From NCBI GenBank assembly GCA_965247685.1, contig OZ252021.1, positions 1,248,447-1,280,446 on the forward strand: DNA of 32,000 nucleotides, in the 5' to 3' direction. Within the stretch, counting starts at the first letter, position 1, and every line of letters starts with the position of its first letter. The notes below the pieces were generated by a model that saw nothing but the letters and a program-made list of their open reading frames with translations, was not told the origin of the DNA and made no database searches. The stretch comes from Bdellovibrionales bacterium (GTDB lineage: Bacteria; Bdellovibrionota; Bdellovibrionia; Bdellovibrionales; UBA1609). The position numbers and the translations under genes are program-made. Positions 1 to 7,123 of this stretch are shown one piece after another.

Positions 1-1
1 T

Positions 2-1117
2 GATTTAAAAGTATATACCACAATGAATATGAAAGCTCATCACCATGCAAGAAAATCTTTGAAGCAAACTTTAAGTAGATTAGAAAAAAAGAAAGATAAA
101 AAACCTCTTGAAGGAGCTTTAATATCTATCGATTTAGAAACCAATAAAGTTCGCGCTCTTGTTGGCGGACGAGATTTTATACACAGCCCCTTCAACAGAG
201 CCATTGAAGCTCAAAGACCTATTGGTTCTTTAGTAAAACCCCTTACATACCTATCAGCTCTAGTACATACAGATATCAACCCACTAACTCTCGTTCAAGA
301 TGAACCCCTCACGATTAAAAAATGGTCTCCAAACAATTATAATAATAAGTATTTTGGAACTGTTCCTTTATACTTTGCTCTCAAAGAATCTCTCAACACA
401 GCCAGTGTGCGAGTAGGTTTAGATGTGGGTTTAAAAAACATCATACTCACATTTGAAAAATTAGGTCTCACTTCTCCTATAGAGCCTTTACCCTCTTTGA
501 CTTTAGGCTCTGTAGAGCTTTCTCCATTAGAAATTGTACAAATGTATTCCACGATCGCTCGAATGGGATCTTATATGAAGCTCTCCTTCATCGATAGAAT
601 AGAAAGTTTTGATGGAAAAATTCTTTATCAAAGCATCCGAACTCCACAACAAGTTTTTCCTGAAGAAAAAGTCGCCGTACTGATCGGCATGATGAAACAA
701 GTTATTGAATCGGGTACAGCTCGGTGGATCAAGCCTTTCTGGCCTTACTCTACCGCAGGAAAAACAGGAACCAGCAACCAGGAACGAGATTCTTGGTTTA
801 TAGGTTTTACACCCCAAAAGTTAACTGGAGTATGGATAGGTTATGATGACAATACTCCTCATGAATTGACAGGCTCCGCAGGAGCTTTAGTCACTTGGCT
901 GCAATTTATGCGAAACTTTGATCTTCCTTTTTATGATTTTAATTGGCCTGCAAATGTTGAAATAAAATCTGTGACTTTACCAACTATTATAAAAAGTAAA
1001 ACTTCAAACGAGCGACAGTTTTTTAAACTACAAACAACATCTACTGAAGAAAGCCCTCAGGCTGCTGAATTAATCTTTGAATCTTCATCAAATAAGAAAT
1101 GGTATCAATTCTTTTAA
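2..1117 (+). CDS. Penicillin-binding protein, transpeptidase domain (C-terminal part; the 5' end lies upstream of the window)
   Basis: The reading frame is open from nt 2 to the window edge. The SxxK (GSLVKP), SxN (SLNTASV) and KTG (AGKTGTS) motifs occur in the canonical order. Confidence 0.85.
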   Translation, partial: DLKVYTTMNMKAHHHARKSLKQTLSRLEKKKDKKPLEGALISIDLETNKVRALVGGRDFIHSPFNRAIEAQRPIGSLVKPLTYLSALVHTDINPLTLVQDEPLTIKKWSPNNYNNKYFGTVPLYFALKESLNTASVRVGLDVGLKNIILTFEKLGLTSPIEPLPSLTLGSVELSPLEIVQMYSTIARMGSYMKLSFIDRIESFDGKILYQSIRTPQQVFPEEKVAVLIGMMKQVIESGTARWIKPFWPYSTAGKTGTSNQERDSWFIGFTPQKLTGVWIGYDDNTPHELTGSAGALVTWLQFMRNFDLPFYDFNWPANVEIKSVTLPTIIKSKTSNERQFFKLQTTSTEESPQAAELIFESSSNKKWYQFF

Positions 1118-1170
1118 GTTTTTTATAAAAAAGTATTTACTTTTTAACCTTCATATCGCACATTATACTT

Positions 1171-1719
1171 ATGATTCAAATCACAGCAGAAAAAACACCT
1201 AATCCTAATGCTTTAAAGTTTATGGTGAATCAAACTCTTACCAAAGAGCCTTACGAATGCAACAGTGCTCAGAAGGCGCAAAACCAATCCACATTAGCTT
1301 ATAAACTGCTCAGTTTACCTTGGATCGTAAACGTTTTTATTGGAGAAAACTTTATTACTGTTACTAAAGAAGACTGGGTAGATTGGGAACCGGTTCAAGA
1401 ACCTTTAATACACATGATGAAAGAATCTATACTTTCAGGCTCCCCGCTTGTCCAATCCAAAAATCATAGTTCTCAACCACTTCAACCTCATTCTACCGTT
1501 GTAGAAAAAATTAAATTCATCATTAATCAAGATATTCAACCGGCTGTTCAAAGAGACGGCGGCTTTATTCAATTTTCCAAATTTAAAGATGGAAAACTTT
1601 ATGTCGAACTAAAAGGTGCATGTTCAGGGTGTCCAAGTGCAGAGTTCACACTCAAGCAAGGTATTGAACAACTTATTCGACAAGAAGTACCAGAAGTTCA
1701 AGAAGTTATTTCCGTTTAA
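1171..1719 (+). CDS. Nfu/NifU-type Fe-S cluster scaffold or carrier protein (Nfu_N-like N-terminus plus NifU C-terminal domain)
   Basis: The C-terminal block DGGFIQF...GACSGCPSAEFTLKQGIEQLIRQEVPEV carries the CxxC motif typical of NifU C-terminal domains. The N-terminus (EKTPNPNALKF) resembles an Nfu N-domain. Confidence 0.8.
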   Translation: MIQITAEKTPNPNALKFMVNQTLTKEPYECNSAQKAQNQSTLAYKLLSLPWIVNVFIGENFITVTKEDWVDWEPVQEPLIHMMKESILSGSPLVQSKNHSSQPLQPHSTVVEKIKFIINQDIQPAVQRDGGFIQFSKFKDGKLYVELKGACSGCPSAEFTLKQGIEQLIRQEVPEVQEVISV

Positions 1720-1768
1720 AATTTTTCTGTTGCACTTTTTGTCAAAAGCCGATTCGTGTCTTTGATCG

Positions 1769-3988
1769 TTAGAACAAACGAAGATCAGAGAAGAGCTCCA
1801 TATCGCTGACTGTGGCATGTGAAGTCTCTTTTGGTTCTGATTTTTTTGTTTCCAAAACTTCTTTCTTGATTTGGAACAAAGATTGACTCACATGTTGATT
1901 CAATTTTTGAAGAGCTTGAATTTGTTTTTTCTTCTCTTCCAAGTGACGAGACATCTCATCCCAAGAAAGCTGCAATGTTTTATTGTGTTCTTTTAACTCT
2001 TTGGATTCTTCGAGCAATGTCTTCAGTCGATGGAATAAAGTCTTATTTTCTTCTGTTATCTGACTAAAGCTTTTTTCTTGAATTTTATGTTTATTTTGCA
2101 AACTGAAAAGTTCTTTTTGAATATTAACAGTATCTCGATCATAAATCTCAATCAATTCTTTGTTTTTATTTTTCTCTGCAATCAAAGCACTCTCCATTTC
2201 ACGACTTAATCGACAGACATATTTTTCATGTGCTGTTTTAAGCTCTATCAGACGGCTTGAAAAAGAAGATTCCATTTCCTGAATGCGATCTTGATATTTT
2301 TGAATAGTAGATTGCAACTGTTGTACGGAGTCATACCGAAACTCTTTAGTATCTTTTTGATACTGATCTTTAATTTCTTGTAATTCCTTATCTTGTGTTT
2401 TCCGAGAATCCTCTAAGAATTTTTGATGTTGATCGTCTTGTCTTTCTAATTCTTGATCGTGTTCTTGTTTTAAGGCTTCTACTTGATGATCCGAATCTTC
2501 CACCCATTTTAGTTTCTCTGCATGAAATTCTAAAAGAAGTTTTTGCCTTTCAGAGTCGGCCTTGCTTCTGACAATAATTCTTTCTTCATAGTACTTCGTC
2601 TTTAAATCTGCTAAATTTTGAGCCCATACTTGTCTATCTTTATTATATTGCTCTTGCAGATTTTTAATCTCTTGAGTCAGTTGATTAAATTCTTGTTGAG
2701 AATATTCTTTTTTACTTTGAGCTTCTGCATAAAGATCCTTTTGCTCATTATATTTTTTCTGAAGCTCTGTGATTCGATCTTGAGTCTCATTCATTTCATG
2801 TTGATGCTCATTTTGTAAAGATTCAATTTTTGTGTTATATTCCTCTTTAATAGCTGTTTGTTGATGAAGATGGTTTTGACCCGCCTCTTTGAGCTGTTGA
2901 AGGAGTTTTCCTTCTTCAGCTTGAAAGCTTCTTTTGACAGATCGAACATCCGCTTCGTGTTCTTTTTTTAATAATGAAACTTTTTGTTCATAATCAAATT
3001 TGAGATGAACCACTTCGCCATGATGTTTTCTTTTGAGTTCAGAAGTTTCTTCTTGGTGGATCTGTTTTAGATTTTTAACAGACTCTTGAGATTGAATCAG
3101 TTGAATCTTTTCCTTATGTTGAAGACGAAGTGCATGAACTTTAGCATCAAAGTTTTTTTGCAATTCTTCAATATGTTGCTCATGATTCTCCTTTAATTTT
3201 TGCACTTGAGAGTTTTTTGAGTTTTCAAAAGGTGAAGATTTTTGTTTTAATCGCTGATGGTAAGATAAATGCAAAGCTTTCAATTTAGCATTAAAGTTTT
3301 TTTGCAGTTCGTTTATTTTATCTTCATAATGATTTCGAACTTTTTGAGTCCTTTCATCTTCTTTTTTCTGCAAAAGTATGTTTTCTTTTTGCTTTTCTTC
3401 TAATCGAGAAAGCTCCTCCTTGTGTTGAAGCTTTAAGACATGAATTTGAACTTCATATTCTTTTTTAACTTTAGCCACACTTTCTGAAGTTGTCTTTAAA
3501 GAAAGTGCTTGTTCTTCCCGATCCGATTTCCACTGCAACTCTTGAGCTTTATATTTTAAATCAAAAACCTCAACCTCTTGTTCATGTTGCTGCCTAAGGA
3601 TTTCCAATTGATCCTCATGCATCTTAATTTCTGTTTGGTGTTCCTGGTTAAGCTCTAAAATTTTTCGATCATATTTTTTCTGAAATCCTTGAGAGACTTT
3701 TTTAAGTTTTTGATTAAGAATCTTGTTGTAAACTCGAGATTGTTTTTTGAGCTGTCGAATAGCAAAAGGAGAAGTTTTTTTTTGTTGGAAAGAAATATTT
3801 TGTGAAGAAGGCTGTTCTTGCGAAGATAGTTTTTCTTTTTCCACAATTTTTAAAGGAAGAACTTTAGAGTTTGTCGATGAATCGCTAACAAAATCCACAT
3901 TTTTCAACGAAGATAAAGGTACAGGAATAGACCGAATTGTTTTCCAATCCTTGGAATTCCTTCGATCTAAAGATTTTTTATAAAACAT
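1769..3988 (-). CDS. Large coiled-coil-rich protein (739 aa, Q/E/K-rich, internally repetitive); function unknown, possibly cytoskeletal or scaffold
   Basis: A long uninterrupted ORF. Roughly 630 aa are heptad-like and charged. Recurring motifs include ELQKNF(N/D)AK(L/V)xAL(H/R)L twice (48 aa apart) and L(K/R)LQHKE twice. The + strand ORFs inside it are low-complexity antisense artefacts. Confidence 0.75.
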   Translation of the reverse strand: MFYKKSLDRRNSKDWKTIRSIPVPLSSLKNVDFVSDSSTNSKVLPLKIVEKEKLSSQEQPSSQNISFQQKKTSPFAIRQLKKQSRVYNKILNQKLKKVSQGFQKKYDRKILELNQEHQTEIKMHEDQLEILRQQHEQEVEVFDLKYKAQELQWKSDREEQALSLKTTSESVAKVKKEYEVQIHVLKLQHKEELSRLEEKQKENILLQKKEDERTQKVRNHYEDKINELQKNFNAKLKALHLSYHQRLKQKSSPFENSKNSQVQKLKENHEQHIEELQKNFDAKVHALRLQHKEKIQLIQSQESVKNLKQIHQEETSELKRKHHGEVVHLKFDYEQKVSLLKKEHEADVRSVKRSFQAEEGKLLQQLKEAGQNHLHQQTAIKEEYNTKIESLQNEHQHEMNETQDRITELQKKYNEQKDLYAEAQSKKEYSQQEFNQLTQEIKNLQEQYNKDRQVWAQNLADLKTKYYEERIIVRSKADSERQKLLLEFHAEKLKWVEDSDHQVEALKQEHDQELERQDDQHQKFLEDSRKTQDKELQEIKDQYQKDTKEFRYDSVQQLQSTIQKYQDRIQEMESSFSSRLIELKTAHEKYVCRLSREMESALIAEKNKNKELIEIYDRDTVNIQKELFSLQNKHKIQEKSFSQITEENKTLFHRLKTLLEESKELKEHNKTLQLSWDEMSRHLEEKKKQIQALQKLNQHVSQSLFQIKKEVLETKKSEPKETSHATVSDMELFSDLRLF

Positions 3989-4096
3989 CCACTAAACTCT
4001 AAAACTATTTGATTTAATTTTTTCAAACATTCTTTGAGTTTGTCAAAAATAAATAAATATTGCATGATGCTTTGCATAACCTTTTATAATGGGAGA

Positions 4097-5788
4097 ATGA
4101 AAAATTTCAGCTTACTTTTAGTCTTGTTTATAACGTTGCCAAGTTTAGCCCAGAAGCTACAGGTCTGCTCCATAACCCTTAATTCAGATAATGAGATGAA
4201 AATATTTAAGAAACATCTTTCTTCTAGGGATTTTAATTTCATTGAGTTGGCGCCCCAAAGTTATAACATTAACTCCTCTTCAAAAACTCAGTGGTTCAGT
4301 GAGGTATGTCAGAATCCTGATGTTCAATGTGATATATTGGTTGTTTCTGGTCACTTTGCAGATATGTTTTTCGGAACAGATAATAAACATATACTTTCTG
4401 TCTATGAGTTGGAAAAAATAGCGTGTCAAAATCAATGCCCTCGAGTGTTTAGTCAACTCAAAGAAGCGTTCTTATTCGGCTGCAATACGATGGCGGGAAA
4501 GGAAAAACTTTATCGTACATCCGATGAATATCTGGATATTCTTATTAATGAACATAATATGTATCCTAGCGTTGCAGAAACAATAGTTGCTTCTCGATAC
4601 TCTGACTTTAACCCCACCTATAAAGATCGAATGGAGCATATTTTTGAACCCCACACTCGTATTTACGGCTTTAAAGAAATCAGTCCCTACGGCCACCAGT
4701 CTGAAAGAGCTCTAAGAAATTATTTTTCTTCTATTAAGTCTCGGTATGGAAATTATATCAATTACTTAAAAAAATATAAATCGAATAAAAAAACAACTCC
4801 TTATTTTTCAAAAGCCTTTGATGTTTTAAGTGCTACTCAACAAGGGTTTGGAATGAGCAGGTCTCACTCTAAATACCCTGCCTACAAACAACTCTGTTCT
4901 TTGTATGACAGCCAGCTCAGCCATTCTAAAAAGATGAGAACTGTTTATACTCTTTTTGACAAAAATTCAGAATTCTTTGCTTTCTCAGCTATCAAGGATT
5001 TTTTAGTTCATAACAAAGATTTACTGAATGAATCTTCACTGCGACTTTTTCAAAAACTTCAAAGAGAAAAAATAAAATCCAGAGACAGTTTTATTCAAGC
5101 ATACACAAACTTAAGTTCTAATTTATTTTACATGAAGTCTCAAATTCTGCATTTTCTGTATATGATGCATTGGATGAGTGAATCTCAGTATCAACAAGAA
5201 CTCAGAAATAATCTTCTCCCTCTGATTCATAAATCTAGCACTCAGTCTTTTGATATCTTAAACACTTTAGTTAATGAAAATATGTTAAATTCTTCAGATA
5301 TTATAATAAATTATGATGATTTAGGAAGTAATTACTTGAAGAATATAAGTAATGTTCTAACTGTGGATGTCCTTGATTTAAATACGATAAATATGCAAAA
5401 AGATTTAATTCGATACTGTGAAAAAAAACTCAAATCCCATCGAGTGGACTGCTATCAGGTATTAAAAACTTTAGGAAATATTCAGGCTACAGATCCTAAG
5501 GTTTTAAAAAAGATGTCATCTTTTTTAAATAGTAAGGATTTAGGATTGGTGTACTACGCTACTTATGGATTGGCTTATTCTAATGTCTCGAATGCAAAAA
5601 TATTATTTAAAATAGTTCAAAATTTAGATCATTCTAATTTTTGGATTCGCTTACAAAGTTTACAGTCTTTAAACTATTTAGGAGTGATTGAAGCATCCTC
5701 TAATATGAGGCGAGTAGTAGAAGATATGTTATTGACTGAGGATAATGATCAAGTAATTGAAGAAATTAATCTCATTTTAGGCTCTTAA
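4097..5788 (+). CDS. Secreted hypothetical protein: N-terminal domain with a caspase/CHAT-like His...Cys arrangement, C-terminal helical (HEAT/ARM-like) repeats
   Basis: I moved the start from the track's 4034 to ATG 4097, which yields a clean signal peptide, MKNFSLLLVLFITLPSLAQ. Strand-like segments end in ILVVSGH (His codon 4352-4354) and AFLFGCNT (Cys codon 4481-4483). The C-terminus has repeats such as LGLVYYATYGLAYS...FWIRLQSLQSLNYLG. Confidence 0.7.
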   Translation: MKNFSLLLVLFITLPSLAQKLQVCSITLNSDNEMKIFKKHLSSRDFNFIELAPQSYNINSSSKTQWFSEVCQNPDVQCDILVVSGHFADMFFGTDNKHILSVYELEKIACQNQCPRVFSQLKEAFLFGCNTMAGKEKLYRTSDEYLDILINEHNMYPSVAETIVASRYSDFNPTYKDRMEHIFEPHTRIYGFKEISPYGHQSERALRNYFSSIKSRYGNYINYLKKYKSNKKTTPYFSKAFDVLSATQQGFGMSRSHSKYPAYKQLCSLYDSQLSHSKKMRTVYTLFDKNSEFFAFSAIKDFLVHNKDLLNESSLRLFQKLQREKIKSRDSFIQAYTNLSSNLFYMKSQILHFLYMMHWMSESQYQQELRNNLLPLIHKSSTQSFDILNTLVNENMLNSSDIIINYDDLGSNYLKNISNVLTVDVLDLNTINMQKDLIRYCEKKLKSHRVDCYQVLKTLGNIQATDPKVLKKMSSFLNSKDLGLVYYATYGLAYSNVSNAKILFKIVQNLDHSNFWIRLQSLQSLNYLGVIEASSNMRRVVEDMLLTEDNDQVIEEINLILGS

Positions 5789-5817
5789 GTTTTTATGTTT
5801 TTACTACTGATGAGATA

Positions 5818-5906
5818 GGAGAGGTGACCGAGTGGCTGAAGGAGTACGCTTGGAAAGCGTATAGATGTGTAAAAGCATCTCGGGGGTTCGAATCCCCCTC
5901 TCTCCG
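5818..5906 (+). tRNA. tRNA-Ser (anticodon GGA), class II with a long variable arm; CCA not encoded
   Basis: Hand-folded cloverleaf. Acceptor GGAGAGG/TCTCTCC (one G-U pair). Anticodon stem TACGC/GCGTA with loop TTGGAAA. Variable arm AGATG..CATCT. T-arm GGGGG-TTCGAAT-CCCCC. Discriminator G. Confidence 0.9.
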
Positions 5907-5914
5907 TATGATAG

Positions 5915-5949
5915 AAAAGGTATGATATCGAAGATGTTATACCTTTTTT
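5915..5949 (+). terminator. Rho-independent terminator of tRNA-Ser
   Basis: aaaaggtatgatatc-gaa-gatgttatacctttt forms a 15-bp stem (two G-U pairs) with a GAA loop and runs into a T6 tract. The A-run/T-run symmetry suggests it could work in both directions. Confidence 0.65.
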
Positions 5950-6120
5950 ACCATAATGGGGTATTCGAAGTGAAAGAGCGATCCATGTTGGCTGTGAAAA
6001 CAGTTAATATGGAGAAGCAAAACTGGATGTTTTGCTTAGCGCTTGAAGTGAGCCTACGCAAAGTTGTGAGCTGGATGCGAACAACTGTAGTAGGCGAATC
6101 CCCCTCTCTCCGTATGATAG

Positions 6121-6155
6121 AAAAGGTATGATATCGAAGATGTTATACCTTTTTT
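6121..6155 (+). terminator. Duplicated copy of the tRNA-Ser terminator hairpin inside repeat unit 2
   Basis: Identical sequence to 5915-5949, shifted by 206 bp. Confidence 0.55.
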
Positions 6156-6520
6156 ACCATAATGGGGTATTCGAAGTGAAAAAGCGATCCATGTTGACTG
6201 TGAAAACAATTAATATGGAGAAGCAAAACTAGATGTTTTGCTTAGCGCTTGAAGTGAGCCTACGCAAAGTTGTGAGCTGGATGCGAACAACTGTAGTAGG
6301 CGAATCCCTCTCTCTCCGTATGATAGAAAAAACAGCTCTCTGATCTTCATTCAATTGATGAGTATGTGCACTATGGGATGGACTATCCCGTTTTAAGGGT
6401 GTAAAAGCTAAAATTGTAGTATTTTTTTTTAAGAGGGTTTAAGAGGGTAAGATATATGGTGTTTTTAAAAATAGGATTATTCTTTGCTTCTTATTTTATT
6501 TTACTCTCTTTTGTTAGAGA

Positions 6521-7033
6521 TTGGAACATACTGGATCTGGAAAAAAATTATTAACTACTGAAAAAAGTTATAGGCTTATATTAACACCTTTCCAACATAG
6601 CTTACTCGCTATATTGGGGTTAGGTTTTGGACTAAAAATGATGTTCTCGTCTATATCTTCCTTTCAAGATTTAGCAAATACTATGTCTTACTTTTTTATC
6701 CTTTCTGGTATCTTTTTATCTATTAGTATTTACTTCACTAAATCCCATTTAAAAGATTTAATAGACCAGATCAAAAAAACCAAAGATGTTAAAAAATCTA
6801 AAAGTATTGAGATATTAAAAAAATCTAACACTATTGCTCATAAATGTATTGTGGCTGTATGCAGTGTTGCTTTGTTTGCTTTATTATCATATTCAGAACT
6901 TGCTTTTGAATTCCCATCTAGAAATGCTTCTTTTATTATTGGTTTTAGTTTGTTAGCTATCCTCTTTTTGTCAATAGGATATAAATACTATATTAATCCA
7001 AAAAAATTCTTAGAAAAGATTGATGGAGTATAA
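6521..7033 (+). CDS. Hypothetical integral membrane protein (4 predicted TM helices in this ORF). The true start is uncertain and may be ATG 6456 via a -1 shift at the A7 tract.
   Basis: Hydrophobic segments: SLLAILGLGFGL, YFFILSGIFLSISIYF, CIVAVCSVALFALL and FIIGFSLLAILFLSIGY. The track start is a TTG with no Shine-Dalgarno sequence. An SD-preceded ATG at 6456 opens a 32-codon TM-like ORF in the neighbouring frame. Confidence 0.55.
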   Translation: MEHTGSGKKLLTTEKSYRLILTPFQHSLLAILGLGFGLKMMFSSISSFQDLANTMSYFFILSGIFLSISIYFTKSHLKDLIDQIKKTKDVKKSKSIEILKKSNTIAHKCIVAVCSVALFALLSYSELAFEFPSRNASFIIGFSLLAILFLSIGYKYYINPKKFLEKIDGV

Positions 7034-7123
7034 GGCGATGAACAATAGAAAGAAAACCTTTAGAACGAGTTATTTTCATTTTTTACCTTCTTTTTTTCTT
7101 AAAGTCCTATATGACCTTATCGA

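Larger units (their letters stand above)
5889..6330. repeat. Tandem direct repeat: two complete 206-bp units (5889-6094, 6095-6300) plus a 30-bp third start (6301-6330). Each unit begins with the last 18 nt of tRNA-Ser.
   Basis: The string cgaatcccc(c/t)tctctccgtatgatagaaaa occurs at 5889, 6095 and 6301, with an exact 206-bp period. The two full units differ at 4 positions (5976/6182, 5991/6197, 6003/6209, 6025/6231), all G in unit 1 and A in unit 2. The third core has one C>T change at 6309. Confidence 0.95.

Noticed and set aside
337-817. Minus-strand ORFs 337-552 and 527-817
   Set aside because: They are antisense to the PBP transpeptidase region, which carries ordered catalytic motifs. 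They have no motifs or SD of their own.
2618-3983. Plus-strand ORFs 2618-2818 and 3747-3983, and the out-of-frame minus ORF 3655-3846, inside the coiled-coil gene
   Set aside because: They are low-complexity mirror translations (L/F/I-rich) of the Q/E/K-rich gene and are fully nested within a far longer coherent ORF.
5959-6112. Possible tmRNA (ssrA) or tRNA-like gene. The unit starts with ggggtattcgaag, contains gca aaa ctg gat gtt ttg ctt agc gct tga, ends with a tRNA 3' end, and smpB is in the window.
   Set aside because: The copied tRNA segment lacks the 5' half of the T-stem (gtagtagg instead of ggggg before cgaatccccc). No 5' strand pairs properly with the acceptor 3' strand (ggagaag gives only 5 bp). 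The unit is less than half the size of a tmRNA, and the putative tag does not end in the usual (A)LAA.
5865-6131. 88-aa ORF from the track, spanning the tRNA 3' half and repeat unit 1
   Set aside because: It starts inside the tRNA-Ser gene and runs through the terminator hairpin. The equivalent reading frame in repeat unit 2 is broken by a TAG (6230-6232, caused by the G>A change at 6231). This is an artefact of non-coding repeat DNA.
5889-6330. CRISPR array
   Set aside because: The 206-bp units are near-identical throughout, with no short repeat and variable spacer organisation. No cas genes are present anywhere in the window.
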